This document shows positions 54,642 to 64,000 of a DNA stretch of 64,000 nucleotides, piece by piece; position 1 is the first letter of the stretch; each line of letters starts with the position of its first letter. Source of the DNA: Nitrososphaeraceae archaeon (lineage in GTDB: Archaea > Thermoproteota > Nitrososphaeria > Nitrososphaerales > Nitrososphaeraceae); contig JBHIVA010000004.1 in the NCBI GenBank assembly GCA_042138015.1, forward strand, positions 1,984 to 65,983, read 5' to 3'. The notes beneath the pieces were generated by a model. It was given only the letters and a program-made list of their open reading frames with translations. It had not been told where the DNA came from and did not search any database. The position numbers were made by a program, and so were the translations under genes.

Positions 54642-55853
54642 ATGAATTATGAGCTGATTTTTCCAATGTATTTTTTGATATCAATAAATGTAGGAGTACT
54701 CATTGCTTGGTTTTATTTGTTGATTTCTACAACGAATTCATTAATAAATTCACCAAAGTTAATCAATTTCGATAATCGTAAAAATACGTATCTAGGATAT
54801 CCCAAAGTTAGTATAATATTACCTGCAAGAAATGAGGCCGATTACATCAAAAAATGTATCGATAGTCTCTTAAAGCAAACATATTCTAATTATGAAATTA
54901 TTTTAGTTAATGATTCATCATCTGATAATACATTAGCAATAATGAAAGAGTATGAGAAACAAAATTCTAATATCATGACATTGGATATTAAGACAAGACC
55001 TAAAGGTTGGATTGGGAAAAATTGGGCATGTTATCAAGGCTATCTAAAATCTTCAGGCGATCTCTTGCTTTTTACAGATGCTGATTCTTTTCATTCTGAA
55101 ACTACTTTAGAAATGGCTGTTTCATGTATAATTGCCAATAAATTACAGGCATTAACATTACTTCCGAAATTATTAAGTAATGATATATTTACCAATTTAA
55201 CTTTGCCCATTTTTATTACTTTCTTACATACAAGATATTCTCCATTGAAAGTTAATAATCCTAAGTCAAAATTAGGATATTTTTTTGGAAGTTATTTTAT
55301 TATAACAAAAGAGACATACGAAGCAATAGGATCTCATGAATCTGTAAAAAATGAAATAATTGAAGATGGGGCACTTGGTAAAAAAGTAAAAGAAGGTGAT
55401 TACAAAATGAGAATGATTAGAGCTGAAAAATATGTTACCGCACATTGGGCAAGAAATAGTAAAGAATTATTAGACGCTATTGATAGACTAGTTGTAGCCT
55501 TCTATAAAGGGAATAAGACGAAGACATTAATGTTGACTATTGGATTATTTTTTTTAATATTGTCTCCATTTATTTTTCTCACTTTTATTTTTAGTTTCTT
55601 TATTTCTTTTGATACATCATACATTATTCTCAGTCATATTTGTTTTTTTATAATTATTCTAATAATTCTGACTAGCATAATACATTATAAGAATACTTTA
55701 AGTATTAATTGGGTATATTCTCTCGGGACACCAATAGGGGGTTTTATTATTGTTCTGGGATTCGTTAAAGGTATAATTAAGTCGTTTATTAACGGGACAG
55801 TAAATTGGAAAGATAGGAGATATATAATTTCATCAAACCAAGAACCTCTTTAA
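54642..55853 (+). CDS. Membrane glycosyltransferase family 2
   Basis: PARNE, NDSSSDNT, GKNWAC, FTDAD, EDG; TM helices at both ends. Confidence 0.9.
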   Translation: MNYELIFPMYFLISINVGVLIAWFYLLISTTNSLINSPKLINFDNRKNTYLGYPKVSIILPARNEADYIKKCIDSLLKQTYSNYEIILVNDSSSDNTLAIMKEYEKQNSNIMTLDIKTRPKGWIGKNWACYQGYLKSSGDLLLFTDADSFHSETTLEMAVSCIIANKLQALTLLPKLLSNDIFTNLTLPIFITFLHTRYSPLKVNNPKSKLGYFFGSYFIITKETYEAIGSHESVKNEIIEDGALGKKVKEGDYKMRMIRAEKYVTAHWARNSKELLDAIDRLVVAFYKGNKTKTLMLTIGLFFLILSPFIFLTFIFSFFISFDTSYIILSHICFFIIILIILTSIIHYKNTLSINWVYSLGTPIGGFIIVLGFVKGIIKSFINGTVNWKDRRYIISSNQEPL

Positions 55854-55860
55854 TATATGG

Positions 55861-56517
55861 CTATAAGTTATGATACATATAATTAAAATTCTCTTTTTTT
55901 CTTGATACATATTTATTAATTATGAAATTTTCTCCACTTTTTTTAGCATATATAAATCTCCAATACTTATCTTTATCATTCAATATTCCAATCCTTTTCG
56001 TCGAAAGTACAACATCTGACATCAATGAATCTTCTATAAATATAGAACTGTTACTATTTGTAATATCCATTCCATTATCCTTTATATCTATATAAAATGC
56101 TTGTGTCAATTTTCCCGGACCTGAAGTCAAATTTAATCTATTCTTATTACCTCTATTTTTTATCATTTGTCTTATTCCAGTTAAAGGTTCTATAGCTCTT
56201 ATCAAAACAGCGCCAGCACATTTCGTATCTATGTGTGCGGTTACATTAAAACAATAATGATTCCCATACGTGAAATAAACATAGGAAAAACCTCCCCTTC
56301 CAAACATGAACTTATTTCGACCAGTTATCCCATTGTATGCATGACTGGCTTTATCATCTTCATATCCATAGGCCTCGGTTTCGACTATAATACCCGTCAA
56401 TTTTATTATCTTGCAATCAATTCTAATTATTCTGACAAGTCTTTTCCCAATCATTTCTCTGGCGACTAAAACCGTTTCCCTCTCATAAAATTCTCTATTA
56501 AGAAGATTAATCTTCAA
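55861..56517 (-). CDS. mpg: DNA-3-methyladenine glycosylase (MPG/AAG type)
   Basis: IVETEAY, YVYFTYG, AVLIRA, GPGKL, RIGI. Confidence 0.93.
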   Translation of the reverse strand: MKINLLNREFYERETVLVAREMIGKRLVRIIRIDCKIIKLTGIIVETEAYGYEDDKASHAYNGITGRNKFMFGRGGFSYVYFTYGNHYCFNVTAHIDTKCAGAVLIRAIEPLTGIRQMIKNRGNKNRLNLTSGPGKLTQAFYIDIKDNGMDITNSNSSIFIEDSLMSDVVLSTKRIGILNDKDKYWRFIYAKKSGENFIINKYVSRKKENFNYMYHNL

Positions 56518-56615
56518 ATGATACCATTTTCAACATCAGTTCAAAATATTAAAAGATATCAATTGGTCAATAGAATCTGATTGATTTAAATATGATTTAG
56601 ATCAAACAATGTTAT

Positions 56616-57842
56616 TTGCAAACGAATACTGGAATCAAGACTGAATTAAAATTACCTTTAATACTTATTCATACTCCTTTTGGATTACGATTTTTTGACA
56701 GAATAGCGAAAACGAAGATTGGGAAATATTATGCTAATTTTAATACGTATCTTATGCCTCTTATTACTGCTTTAGCGATATTCTTAATATTTACCTCTAT
56801 ATTTGTCCTTTTTTCAAACGATTCTGCAAGGGCTGGCGCTAGAGATCTTGGACCGCAAAGCAACATCTTGATTCCAGGATTAAATCCAATTCTACCATGG
56901 CAATATGCATTGGTGGCCCTAATAATTACAATAGTAGTACATGAAGCAGGACATGGAATAGTTGCACGGGTTTACAATACAAAGGTAGAATCTACAGGTC
57001 TAGTATTATTTCTAGGAATACCAATAGGTGCTTTCGTTAATATTCAACAAGATGAACTCAATAAAACCACATTTAGACAAAAGAGTGCAATTCTTACAGC
57101 AGGACCCTTAAACAATATGATTTTAGCAGGAATTTCTTTAGGGTTATTATTTTTGGTGGTCTCTACACTTTCACCTATTCCTAATTCCCAACCTGCAGAT
57201 ATAGGCTTAAAAATCCTCGGAGTTAACGAAAACTCCTTAGCAGAATCAATAGGATTAGAAAAAGATTCTATAATAAGATCTATCAATGGTGAACCAATGA
57301 ATGATGTATCGAAGTTTCGTCAAGTTCTTCAAGATAACCTGGGATCTTCTATAGAAATCAAATGGACTTCTAATGATGATCAAGAAAAGAGCAGTTTGTT
57401 AAGACTTCCTAGTGTTTCCCCTAAAGACAATGTTGTGATGGGAGTTTCTCTGACAAATTTGAATCCTGACCCAGAACTGTTACTAAAAGTCTACAAGAAA
57501 GCATTTACTGCCTCACCTTTAGCTATACTAATGCCTCCAACACTTCAACAAGGTCTGGTTCCTTTTTCAGATCTCATGGCACCTTATTACACTTCTAGTA
57601 TTTTTGGAAGCAGTTATCCTATTATTGCCAATTTATTGTTCTGGAATTGGTTTATTAATTTTAACGTTGGAATCTTTAATGCTTTACCTATTGCGATGTT
57701 AGATGGAGGACAATGGTATGGTACTCTTCTCGGCAAAAAAATAAAAACAAAGAATTCTAGAATTTCTCCTTCTACAATTTTAACGATTGTCATGATAGCC
57801 ATCGTCGTAACTGTATTTATACTTCCTTGGATACCATGGTAG
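56616..57842 (+). CDS. Site-2 protease (M50) with PDZ domain
   Basis: HEAGH, AGPLNN, PDZ insert, NALPIAMLDGG. Confidence 0.93.
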   Translation: MQTNTGIKTELKLPLILIHTPFGLRFFDRIAKTKIGKYYANFNTYLMPLITALAIFLIFTSIFVLFSNDSARAGARDLGPQSNILIPGLNPILPWQYALVALIITIVVHEAGHGIVARVYNTKVESTGLVLFLGIPIGAFVNIQQDELNKTTFRQKSAILTAGPLNNMILAGISLGLLFLVVSTLSPIPNSQPADIGLKILGVNENSLAESIGLEKDSIIRSINGEPMNDVSKFRQVLQDNLGSSIEIKWTSNDDQEKSSLLRLPSVSPKDNVVMGVSLTNLNPDPELLLKVYKKAFTASPLAILMPPTLQQGLVPFSDLMAPYYTSSIFGSSYPIIANLLFWNWFINFNVGIFNALPIAMLDGGQWYGTLLGKKIKTKNSRISPSTILTIVMIAIVVTVFILPWIPW

Positions 57843-58021
57843 GATAATTATCAAAACGAAATAATCAACATGTAGCATTTTTTAATTTCTTTAAATATCT
57901 AAAACTATATTAAAGGTGCTGATAAATTATATGTATTATAACAATTGATATCCGTTACATTTTTTTATATTCTAACTAAAATGGATATATAATTGAATTA
58001 TAAAGAAATGGACGATATGAT

Positions 58022-60247
58022 TTGAATAAAAAAATAACCGATAGTAATATTAGTAGTGGTGTAGAGCTATCAAATAGTGATAAAACAGACAATGATGAAA
58101 ATAATACTCTGTCCAATTATCACAATAATAAAAATCATAAATTACAATCTTCTCAAAAAAAACAACATATTAATCAAACCGGAAATTCTAATTTCGAATT
58201 TATTAAAATAATAAGAGACGAAGAAAATATCGTTGAAAAGATAATCAAGTCTATTCCAATAGAGTCACAAATTACATTTGGTAGATTTGAAGGACCTAAT
58301 ATTGCATTATATACTAAAAATCCTAAATTCGCTCTGACCGAGTTAACTTACTATCTTTCTTCCCTTTCTAAAACTTTGAAAAAACGTTTTATAATCAGGA
58401 CAGATCCCTCTATTCGTTTGGATGAAGGACAAACAAGAATTCTAGTTTCAAAGATACTTTCAAAAGATATTACCGTATCCGCGGTATTCTGCGACGATGC
58501 TACTTCCGAAGTTATTCTAGAGGTTAATAAACCTGAATCAATAGATGCAAATACTTTAATCAATATTGCTCAATCTACAGGTTGGATAGTTCACTTAAGG
58601 AGATCATCTCATATTTCATCTCAAAGTATAACAAATATTCATTCAATATTAAAGAATTCCTCTAAGGAACGTTTAACTTTTCTTCGATACCTAGGAAAAA
58701 GAATATATCGTGAACCTCTAATCAAGAAAGAAGAAGAGAATACCGATCAAATCAACAATATCAAAAATAAACATGATAATAATACAAACAATAAAAACCA
58801 AAAAATTGAATATGAAAAAGATGTGATAAAAAATAAGTTATTAGAAAAGTCTTCAAAATTATTTACTAATTCTAAAGAAGTATTAATATTTTGTTTAGGT
58901 GGAGTTAAACAGGTAGGGAGATCTTGTTTTATAGTTGTAACATCTGAAAGTAAGATTATGTTAGATTGTGGCATTAATCCTGGAGAAAATAATACTATCG
59001 ATGCTTATCCAAGAATCGACTGGTTTAATTTTAAACTAGAAGATCTTGATGCAATAATTATTAGTCATGCACATATAGATCACCAAGGATTTTTACCAAC
59101 TTTATTTAAGTATGGTTATGACGGTCCAGTGTATTGTACTGAACCGACATTACCTCTAATGGCCCTTTTGCAAATGGATTCTGTCAAAGTGGCACAAAAT
59201 AATGGAGTTTATTGTTCCTATGAAACTAGAGATATTAATGAAGTTATTAAACACACTATACCATTGTCTTATGGAAAACCAACTGATATATCTCCAGATA
59301 TTACTATTACAATGAATAATGCCGGACATATAATGGGCAGTGCTACGGTTCATATGAATATATCAGGTACCCATAATATTTTATATTCAGGTGATTATAA
59401 ATTTGCCAAAACACAGTTATTAGATAGTGCTATCTCTAATTATCCTCGAGTTGAAACACTCATAACTGAAAGTACTTACGGCGCAGCTTCTGATGTTATG
59501 CCGGATCAATCGACTGTATATAATAATTTTACAGAGAGTGTAAATAAAATATTAACCAATGGAGGAAAAGTTCTAATTCCGGTACCAGCCGTTGGACGAG
59601 CCCAAGAGATAATGTTAGTTATCGATAAAGAAATGCGAGAAGGAAGATTAGTCGAGTCTCCAATTTATATAGAAGGGATGATATCTGAAGCAAGCGCTAT
59701 CCATATGTCATATGCTCATTATCTTGGTCAAGATGTTCGAAGATCAGTTTCACAAGGAAACAATCCGTTCCAATCTGAGTACTTCACTATGGTTAATGGG
59801 TATGGTAAACGAGATGAGGTTTTAAGAGATAAAAACCCTGCGATAATTATGGCTACCTCTGGTATGCTTGAAGGAGGTCCTTCAGTAGAATACTTCAAGG
59901 AGATAGCTACAAGTGATAATAACAAGATTATTTTTGTATCATATCAAATTAAAGGTACTCTTGGCAGACGTGTTCTCGATGGAACAACAACTGAAGTGTC
60001 TATGATGGATAAATTAGGTAAAGTAAAAGTAATTCCTTTAAGGGCTCAGACTCAAAAAATAGACGGATTTAGTGGACACAGTGATTATCACCAAATTTTA
60101 AATTTCGTTTCCAGAGTTAAACCAAAAAGGGTTTTAGTAAATCATGGGGAGAGAACAAAATCAGAAAATGTTGCTAGTAGTATATATAATAAGCTAGGAA
60201 TTCGCTCTATGGTTCCTGATAATCGAGAAATTGTAAAACTTAGATGA
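58022..60247 (+). CDS. fttA: Beta-CASP ribonuclease aCPSF1 / transcription termination factor FttA
   Basis: KH region (FEGPNIALY), EVGRS-like QVGRS, SHAHIDH, AGHIMGS, AVGRAQE, FSGHSD, HGE. Confidence 0.93.
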   Translation: MNKKITDSNISSGVELSNSDKTDNDENNTLSNYHNNKNHKLQSSQKKQHINQTGNSNFEFIKIIRDEENIVEKIIKSIPIESQITFGRFEGPNIALYTKNPKFALTELTYYLSSLSKTLKKRFIIRTDPSIRLDEGQTRILVSKILSKDITVSAVFCDDATSEVILEVNKPESIDANTLINIAQSTGWIVHLRRSSHISSQSITNIHSILKNSSKERLTFLRYLGKRIYREPLIKKEEENTDQINNIKNKHDNNTNNKNQKIEYEKDVIKNKLLEKSSKLFTNSKEVLIFCLGGVKQVGRSCFIVVTSESKIMLDCGINPGENNTIDAYPRIDWFNFKLEDLDAIIISHAHIDHQGFLPTLFKYGYDGPVYCTEPTLPLMALLQMDSVKVAQNNGVYCSYETRDINEVIKHTIPLSYGKPTDISPDITITMNNAGHIMGSATVHMNISGTHNILYSGDYKFAKTQLLDSAISNYPRVETLITESTYGAASDVMPDQSTVYNNFTESVNKILTNGGKVLIPVPAVGRAQEIMLVIDKEMREGRLVESPIYIEGMISEASAIHMSYAHYLGQDVRRSVSQGNNPFQSEYFTMVNGYGKRDEVLRDKNPAIIMATSGMLEGGPSVEYFKEIATSDNNKIIFVSYQIKGTLGRRVLDGTTTEVSMMDKLGKVKVIPLRAQTQKIDGFSGHSDYHQILNFVSRVKPKRVLVNHGERTKSENVASSIYNKLGIRSMVPDNREIVKLR

Positions 60248-60333
60248 AATTTAAAAATTCAAATATTTACTTGATCTAATTTTAAACAATAGACTTTTTA
60301 GGGTAGGTTAATTACATACTACTGGATTGAGAT

Positions 60334-60480
60334 ATGGCTATAAAATACAAATGTTTAGTATGTAATATTGTTCTTTCTGGAGAAGGTGCTTCTAGACATT
60401 ACCTTGCTAATCCTACTCATAAGTTAGAGAAGCTACCTCCACCATTAAAACCGATAAAGAACGATAAAGAAAACCAATAG
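60334..60480 (+). CDS. 48-aa zinc-finger microprotein
   Basis: MAIKYKCLVCNIVLSGEGASRHYLANPTHKLEKLPPPLKPIKNDKENQ; C-x2-C-x11-H-x6-H. Confidence 0.6.
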   Translation: MAIKYKCLVCNIVLSGEGASRHYLANPTHKLEKLPPPLKPIKNDKENQ

Positions 60481-60895
60481 AAAATTACGCTAAACTGGTA
60501 GGAGATATCTTCCCTAATTTTAACAATATAATATTGCTAAGTACAATCAAAATATCCAAAATCCCTTTTGAAATAGATAGCAGAAACTTCGATAATTTAT
60601 ATTTTTAAATATACTGTTAATTTGATCTATTTTTTCGATATTGATTTTTGAATATTGATTTAGTCTTGAACTGATTGTAATGATTGTAATTTTCGATTAT
60701 AGATGCCTATAAATAGTATTTTAGGTGGTATTAAAGAGTAAGAGGCATTAAAATTAATTTGTAAAATAAAAAAACCATATAGATTCTTATTAATAAATAC
60801 GTGTCTATCTGAGTAATTTAATGTAATACTTTTTATTGACTATTAAAATTTTAGAAAGATCGTAGATCCTATTATACATAAAATAAGTCTCGATA

Positions 60896-62650
60896 TTATG
60901 AATCTCTTGTTTTAATATGCATTTTATAGAGATTTATTAATTCATTTGAAGTGGTAGAATCTTCTGGATTTTTGTCAAATCTAATTCTGCCAGAGAACTT
61001 AGGAAATCTAAGTGCTAAACCAAAATTTTCTTTGATCAAATTACTAGCAGTTGTATGTATAGGACTCAAAGTAATCTCAGAAGCAATTATTTCAAGAACA
61101 ATTACTGGTCTAAACCAGATATCCATCTTCATCTTACTTACTACTCGTGAATCCTTTTCTTTTATTATGTATTTTTTTAACTCATCATAAAGAAACTTTA
61201 AATTTTTGTCCGAAAATCCTGTACCTACTTTACATGTACTCTGAAAAGTATTTGTTTCCCTATTATAGGTGGCAAGAAGTAATGCTCCATAATATCCTGT
61301 TCTTCTACCTTTTCCTAATAATGCGCCAATTACGGTAAGGTCAAAAGAATCACCTAATGAGTGATCATATTCTTTTTTTAATTTCATCCACAAGTATTCT
61401 CTAGAACCAGCTCTATAGCTACTTTTCAATTGTTTAAACATTAGACCTTCGCAACCATTATTGGTAGCCACGGAAAAGAAACTTTTGATTTGACTGAGTT
61501 TAGTTACTGTCCTTTGTTTTACTAGATCTATTAGTTTATTATTATTTTTTTCCAAAATCTTTTCCAGAGCTTCTCTTCTTTTTGTATAATCAAATGTAGT
61601 AAGATCTCTATTATTCATAAATAAAATATCAAACAAATATATTTTAATTGGGTATTTTTTTACAATTTCGTCTATGTTATACTTTCTTTTCCTGTGCATC
61701 AATTCCTGAAAAGGTTGAATATTATTGTAAATATTAACTGGAACAATTTCACCCTCTAAAATAAAATTGTCTATTCTGATATTACTTACTGCTTTTACTA
61801 TATCTGGATAATTTTTAGTAATTTTTTCTAGGCTTCTTGAATACAATTCTACTTTTGAATTTTCTTTATGAATCTGCACTCTTTCACCATCTAGCTTAAG
61901 TTCAGCAGATACTCTATTATTTGTTCTTTCTAAAACTTCTTCAGGTCCAGAAACTCTTGTGGCAAGCATTGGTCGAATAGGTTTCAATGGGGTAATTTTA
62001 ATTTCATCTAAACCGTTCATCCCCTTTATGGAAAGAATTTCTGCAATTGCACCAAGATCACCACAGATATTGTAACGAACTTCAATCAATTTTCTTTTCG
62101 ATTTGTCACCTGTAAATGTTATCGATAGTGCATCCATAACCGTAAAATCAGCTATTCCAAGTCTAAGATTTCCCAATAAAAATTTTATGATATACTTACT
62201 TTCTAAAGGAGTAGCATCGTTTAGTAAGCTAGTCACTAGTTTTAATTTTGTAGATTGAGAACCAGAACCAATTGTTTTTGCAATCTTTTCAAAAGTATCA
62301 TATACTCTATCTACAGTTATCTTTTCAGTAAAAAGAGTCTGTTGATATTTTGTTTTTGATATTTCAGCTATCGCATCTCCTAAATCACCTAATTTTGAAT
62401 ACACCTTGTCCACTTCAGTTATAGATATTCCGATAGAATCTGCTATAGCTCGCATAGTTAATTTCTCTGCTAATCCTAACTCTATTCCCTCGTAGTCTGG
62501 GTATAATTTTCCTTGAATTAAATAAATCATTTTTTTTATTCTATTAGATGGAGTATTTTTGAGTAAAGAAACAAGATGATTGGTTAAAATAATTCTACTA
62601 CTTGTTTTTTCCATATTTTGGAATGTTTCTGCTACTAAGGAAAAATCCAC
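60896..62650 (-). CDS. lig: ATP-dependent DNA ligase
   Basis: KLDGERVQIH, EGE, FDIL, EGLMFK, WMKLK, LRFP. Confidence 0.96.
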   Translation of the reverse strand: MDFSLVAETFQNMEKTSSRIILTNHLVSLLKNTPSNRIKKMIYLIQGKLYPDYEGIELGLAEKLTMRAIADSIGISITEVDKVYSKLGDLGDAIAEISKTKYQQTLFTEKITVDRVYDTFEKIAKTIGSGSQSTKLKLVTSLLNDATPLESKYIIKFLLGNLRLGIADFTVMDALSITFTGDKSKRKLIEVRYNICGDLGAIAEILSIKGMNGLDEIKITPLKPIRPMLATRVSGPEEVLERTNNRVSAELKLDGERVQIHKENSKVELYSRSLEKITKNYPDIVKAVSNIRIDNFILEGEIVPVNIYNNIQPFQELMHRKRKYNIDEIVKKYPIKIYLFDILFMNNRDLTTFDYTKRREALEKILEKNNNKLIDLVKQRTVTKLSQIKSFFSVATNNGCEGLMFKQLKSSYRAGSREYLWMKLKKEYDHSLGDSFDLTVIGALLGKGRRTGYYGALLLATYNRETNTFQSTCKVGTGFSDKNLKFLYDELKKYIIKEKDSRVVSKMKMDIWFRPVIVLEIIASEITLSPIHTTASNLIKENFGLALRFPKFSGRIRFDKNPEDSTTSNELINLYKMHIKTRDS

Positions 62651-62726
62651 TAATCAATTTATCTAAAATGGTCTTTTAAGTATTCTTAGATTTAATATTA
62701 TTGGCTGATTATCAATTTCTATATCA

Positions 62727-62734
62727 TTTATAAA
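62727..62734 (+). promoter_or_regulatory. TATA box of rps25e
   Basis: TTTATAAA lies 29-36 nt upstream of the ATG at 62763. Confidence 0.5.
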
Positions 62735-62762
62735 CTGGATAAAAGATAACATTATAATTATT

Positions 62763-63086
62763 ATGGGTGGAGTACCCCCCCCCCCGACGAGCTCTTCTAA
62801 ATCTAATTCACAACTACCTTACGAAAGTTCGAGTAAACCTAAAAAAGACGAAGGGAAAACCATTTCCAAAGCTCAAAAACAAAAATCTTCAGTATTCATA
62901 GATGATCTTAATGATATAAGCAAGTTAAAAGCAATGAAATCTATAACAGTTCAAGCAGTTTCCAAAACACTGGGAGTTAAAATCTCCGTAGCTAATAATT
63001 ATATTAGAAGTTTAGAAAGTAAAGGAATAATAAATAGAGTTGGTGGTTATAGTGGCCATAGGATTTATTCCCTGGCCAATACCTAG
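62763..63086 (+). CDS. rps25e: 30S ribosomal protein eS25 (S25e)
   Basis: MGG start, winged helix GVKISVAN, VGGYSGH. Confidence 0.85.
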   Translation: MGGVPPPPTSSSKSNSQLPYESSSKPKKDEGKTISKAQKQKSSVFIDDLNDISKLKAMKSITVQAVSKTLGVKISVANNYIRSLESKGIINRVGGYSGHRIYSLANT

Positions 63087-63490
63087 GATACATTAATTAC
63101 CTCTTGTATGGTCAAAATATCGTTCTGGTCTAATTTTGTTAGCATATCAATATTCGATATTACTTTTCCAATGTGATTCATAGGAGCTGTTCCGGTTTCT
63201 TTCATAAAAAAACAAATAGCACTACTTGAAGTGAGATAAGATAAATCTCCAATATTAAATACCTTTTTCTGTTTTTCTGCTCCTAAGTTTAAATTTGTGC
63301 GTATATAGGAAAAACCATCACGATGATAATAGATATTACCTCTTATTGGAAGATTTTTTAGTAGTTCTGAAATTGTCAATGGAGCTAAATGACGTATAAG
63401 TTCAGCTTTGATTATTCCTTTTTTATTTATTATAATTTCTATCGGAATTCTAGATACTGTATATTGGTTCTTTGTACCAACCTCTTCCAT
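63083..63490 (-). CDS. Cyclophilin-like fold protein
   Basis: APLT...LP, GDLSY, AICFF, IGKV. Confidence 0.8.
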   Translation of the reverse strand: MEEVGTKNQYTVSRIPIEIIINKKGIIKAELIRHLAPLTISELLKNLPIRGNIYYHRDGFSYIRTNLNLGAEKQKKVFNIGDLSYLTSSSAICFFMKETGTAPMNHIGKVISNIDMLTKLDQNDILTIQEVINVS

Positions 63491-63613
63491 TGTTATCTGT
63501 AGTTACATGTTGTTTATAGCGGTTGCTTAAATTCGTAACGTTTAATTATATTCTAATAAGCTTTTGCACTATTCTTGGTTAACAAGATATTGAGTGATAA
63601 GAAAAAAGTTAGT

Positions 63614-64000
63614 ATGGATAATAACGCTGAATCAGAGGAAGATCGTCATATAAATGAAAAAAAACTTGAAGTAACATCAACGATCGAGCCCAAAACTAAA
63701 AAAACCAAGTCGCGAATAAAAAAACCCAAAAAGACTAAATCTGCAGAAAAGGATTCGGAAAATTCTGAACAAGTAAAGGAAAACATTGTAAATATCGAGA
63801 ATGCGGAAGAAATAATCCCTACAAGACCTGAAAAATATGTTGAATATGAAGAGAGAGACTTTGAATTGATTGAAGTTATTCCAAATGATAAAGAAATCAT
63901 AATAGGACCTAGAAGATTAACTAGGTTTGAGAAGGCAAGAATTACGGGAGCAAGGGCATTACAATTATCTTTTGGAGCTCCGTTGATGATAAATCTAGAT
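63614..64000 (+). CDS. rpoK: RNA polymerase subunit Rpo6/K (partial), with a long charged N-terminal extension
   Basis: Hand translation from the ATG at 63614 reaches RLTRFEKARITGARALQLSFGAP at the window edge. Confidence 0.92.
   Translation, partial: MDNNAESEEDRHINEKKLEVTSTIEPKTKKTKSRIKKPKKTKSAEKDSENSEQVKENIVNIENAEEIIPTRPEKYVEYEERDFELIEVIPNDKEIIIGPRRLTRFEKARITGARALQLSFGAPLMINLD

Noticed and set aside
2310-63900. Short antisense ORFs in the track (e.g. 2310, 5533, 10505, 12227, 18104, 21299, 22610, 24759, 25632, 33166, 35473, 35968, 41195, 45466, 46018, 50781, 51645, 54045, 57044, 58351, 60951, 63646)
   Set aside because: They lie opposite well-supported genes and carry no motifs.
1-64000. 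CRISPR arrays, transposases, integrases or prophage genes, including around tRNA-Pro
   Set aside because: No regularly spaced repeats, recombinase motifs or att-like duplication were seen.

Overview
Very AT-rich archaeal DNA, most likely from an ammonia-oxidising Nitrososphaerota (Thaumarchaeota) genome. The markers are 4-hydroxybutyryl-CoA dehydratase, Alba, aIF5A, eS25, aCPSF1/FttA, ThiDN, Thi4, CofE and BluB; the long AT-rich spacers and RTX proteins suggest a Nitrosocosmicus-like soil lineage (inference). Most of the window is core metabolism and information processing (purK/purE/purA, carA/carB, pyrF, smc, lig, map, rpoK, tRNA-Pro). I saw no IS element, prophage or CRISPR array. The main finding is that carB is interrupted after codon 28 by a 26-nt insert that folds into a bulge-helix-bulge (BHB) motif. 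Cutting at the canonical BHB positions restores the conserved GEAGE-FDYSG sequence exactly, so this looks like a tRNA-type intron in a protein-coding gene. About 1.6 kb away is a candidate promoter-bearing C/D-like small RNA complementary to that intron. Other points of interest are a decaying operon encoding a short CysRS paralogue with an altered zinc site plus a GNAT (reminiscent of MshC/MshD), four microproteins missed by the ORF track, and a C11 tract encoding PPPP in eS25. All analysis was done by eye; no searches were run.
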